Assembly (NCBI GenBank): GCA_052327205.1
Contig: CM126219.1
Coordinates: forward strand, 50,034,001 to 50,098,000
DNA from: Somniosus microcephalus
Lineage: Eukaryota
Length of the DNA stretch: 64,000 bases
Reading direction: 5' to 3'
Both the position numbers and the translations under genes were made by a program. This document shows, in pieces, positions 61,716-64,000 of the stretch; the first letter of the stretch is position 1, and each line of letters opens with the position of its first letter. The notes beneath the pieces were generated by a model that had not been told where the DNA came from, made no database searches, and worked only from the letters and a program-made list of their open reading frames with translations.

Positions 61716-63468
61716 GGGGCGTGATTTCCCCTACCTTGGCGGGTCCCGGCCCCACTGTTGGCTCCAGCCCACTGTGTAGAATGATTTTACATTGATTGAG
61801 CTTGATAAGCCCGTCCAGCGCATTTGCCGGCTAACTGAGGGAAGCGGGTCTGATGACATCATTTGATGATGCGTCATCAGCCGATTTCCTTAAAGGGACC
61901 ATGCAGAAATTGATTTTGACATTTGAGCTGTCAGTGTTCTACAGCCTTGAGGTGCTGCAAACACTGACAAGCGCTGCACAGAGGTGCATGGCATCACCCA
62001 GGCCCTCCCATGACACCCTCCAGTCACAACATGCAGGGAGGTTCTCTTCCCTTCCAATGGGCGGAAGAGACCTCCCCAGGAGACCAACACAGCCTGATTG
62101 CACATTGCACAGGCGGGCACAAGCAGGGATGTTGTCAGGAGGACCAGGCTGCAGTGGCGCTAACCTTTCAATTATCTCAGTAGATCACAAAACATTATTG
62201 CAAAGCCACACTCAACCTCATCCTGCTGTGCTACTCATCACATCCCTATCATGCTGCCTTCCCTATCCTACTCCTGCACATCCTTACTCACACAACTTAC
62301 CTTGCACCTCCACTCATCCCTCTCTATCTACATTATCACTTCCCCATCTCACTAGCCACCCCTCACACTCATCCTCATCCTAGTGCAATCATACCAACTA
62401 ACAACACACACAGGTAGGCACTTGGGTGTTTTGTGCAATGTTGATGTAAAGTTTCTGTTAATGTGGTGTCAAACATTGAAACCTTTATTCTGAATACTTT
62501 GTGTTCTTGGATAGATTTGTGTGCACCTTTGGACATGCTTAGTGAGTTGCAGTGAATGGTGAGACATAATGGTACCCTTCTCCACCCCCCCCCCCGCAAT
62601 GGTCATGAGTATGAAAGGAATGGCTTGGTCATTGTAGGGATGCTTTATGGTGTTGGTGTGGGGTGGTCCCAACCTGGTGCATCATGTGGCAGCCAGGGTG
62701 TACAGCGTCAAGTGAAGTAAATCTGGCCATGGTGATGTCATCCCTGGCCTCCTGGGCAGCAATGTGGTAGGGTGCTGATGCCCTCTGTCCTGTGCAACAT
62801 CAGTTGATTGCGGAGAAGGTTGGTGTTGTTGTTGGTTCTGCTGGTGTGCCTGCTGCTGGTGTTGGGGCTGATCGTGGTGGGATTCTGAGGACCAAGGGGA
62901 GATAGTTTCAAGGGCACTGAGGCTGATGGAATAGATGGCAGGAAGGGTTGAGATGACAGAAGTAATCTGTCAATGTTGAGGTAGGTTGTGCCAATGAGGT
63001 GACACTTCATAGAGAGTTTGCTCCAAACACTTGCAACCTGCATAAAGCTCAATCTATCTTCCAAATGCAGTAAGCAACAGCTTCAGAGCTTGGAAAGTGA
63101 ACAGCTGTGAGATAGGAGCTTTTCTAGCACATTTGCAGCTGTCAAATAATGAGATGATCCTATGGTCATACAACTCCCGACCTCCTTACTTGACGTGATA
63201 CCCGAGCAGCGTGGACCCCGTGGGCGACCTCGTAAAATGGTAAGGTGAGCTCAAAATACTTTTTAATGGGCTGTTAACAAGGTCATAATGACCTGAATTG
63301 CCTCCCCTGCCACTGTGTTGGGTCTGTTCAGCCCTGACAGACCCTACATCTGGGAAAGTCACGTGGTGGCGGATTGGCAGAGGGGTCCTGACCTGCTGTC
63401 AAATTTTTCATTTTCCCCACCTGACCCACCACCGAATGCACCCACTGACCACCCAACAAATTCCCCCC
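61716..63468 (+). mobile_element. Harbinger deletion-derivative, copy 3
   Basis: Ends GGGGCGTGATTT / AAATTCCCCCC. ORF 61853..62383 parallels ORFs 44850..45176 and 44684..45037 (MTSFDD.SS..FLKG.M.KLILT). Confidence 0.82.
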
Positions 63469-64000
63469 TCAGCTTTTCTTTCTGATCAGCTGGTTACCAT
63501 CGATATTGGAGGTCATCAGTTATGCTGGTTCAGCAGTCGACCAAGACAGAGGTGGGTTATCTGTCCTTGAAATGGCAATCTGTATGTTATCCAGTGATGT
63601 AGGTTCCTTCCAATACAGAGAAAATTAAGTCAGCAGTGAATTTTCCTCAAAATACAGCTTGCATATACCACTTGAAGCTGGCCACGGAGCTGACATGCTT
63701 CAGTTTCTAATATTAATGTATAATAAAGTAATAGTAATATATAAATGAAAATTCATGAAAAGCAAAAGACAGACATCTGATCTGTCAAAGTAACTTCAGC
63801 AATGAAGTAGACATGAGAGTTCCATTTCAGTTCAGAGAAGGTACTGACTGCCGAGTACATAGAGACAGATGTGGTACACAATTAACAGTTATTTTGTAAA
63901 ATAACAAAAACCCAGAGGTTAAAAGATGCAACGAAAAACACACACAGTATAGGTGAGTTTAATTATTTTCTTGTAAATTTCATAATTTGTTTGTTCATTT

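Overview
This is vertebrate, not prokaryotic, DNA. The repeat content (CR1/HER1-type LINEs, an HE1-like SINE, Deu-domain SINEs) and the protein sequence point to a cartilaginous fish, probably a shark (inference). The window lies inside a synaptotagmin-2 (SYT2-type) gene on the + strand. Four internal coding exons have GT-AG boundaries: 9426-9554, 20661-20828, 27855-28022 and 35381-35498, covering the linker, C2A and the start of C2B. I could not find the next exon, so the last intron is probably over 28 kb. The introns are packed with CR1 and L2 LINE fragments, SINEs, many PIF/Harbinger-type elements, a Tc1/mariner-type MITE and a non-autonomous Helitron. The stand-out object is a 2.6-kb Gypsy-type LTR retrotransposon (39113-41689, minus strand). 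Its RT, RNase H and integrase core are replaced by two pieces of the host RALBP1 (RLIP76) coding sequence. The first piece (133 codons) is fused in frame to the retrotransposon protease. The second is the extreme RALBP1 C-terminus, joined to the first at a GAAGG(A) microhomology and hidden in another frame. The element also has an atypical 24-bp flanking duplication and one clipped LTR end. Family and ortholog assignments come from recalled sequences and motifs; no database searches were run.
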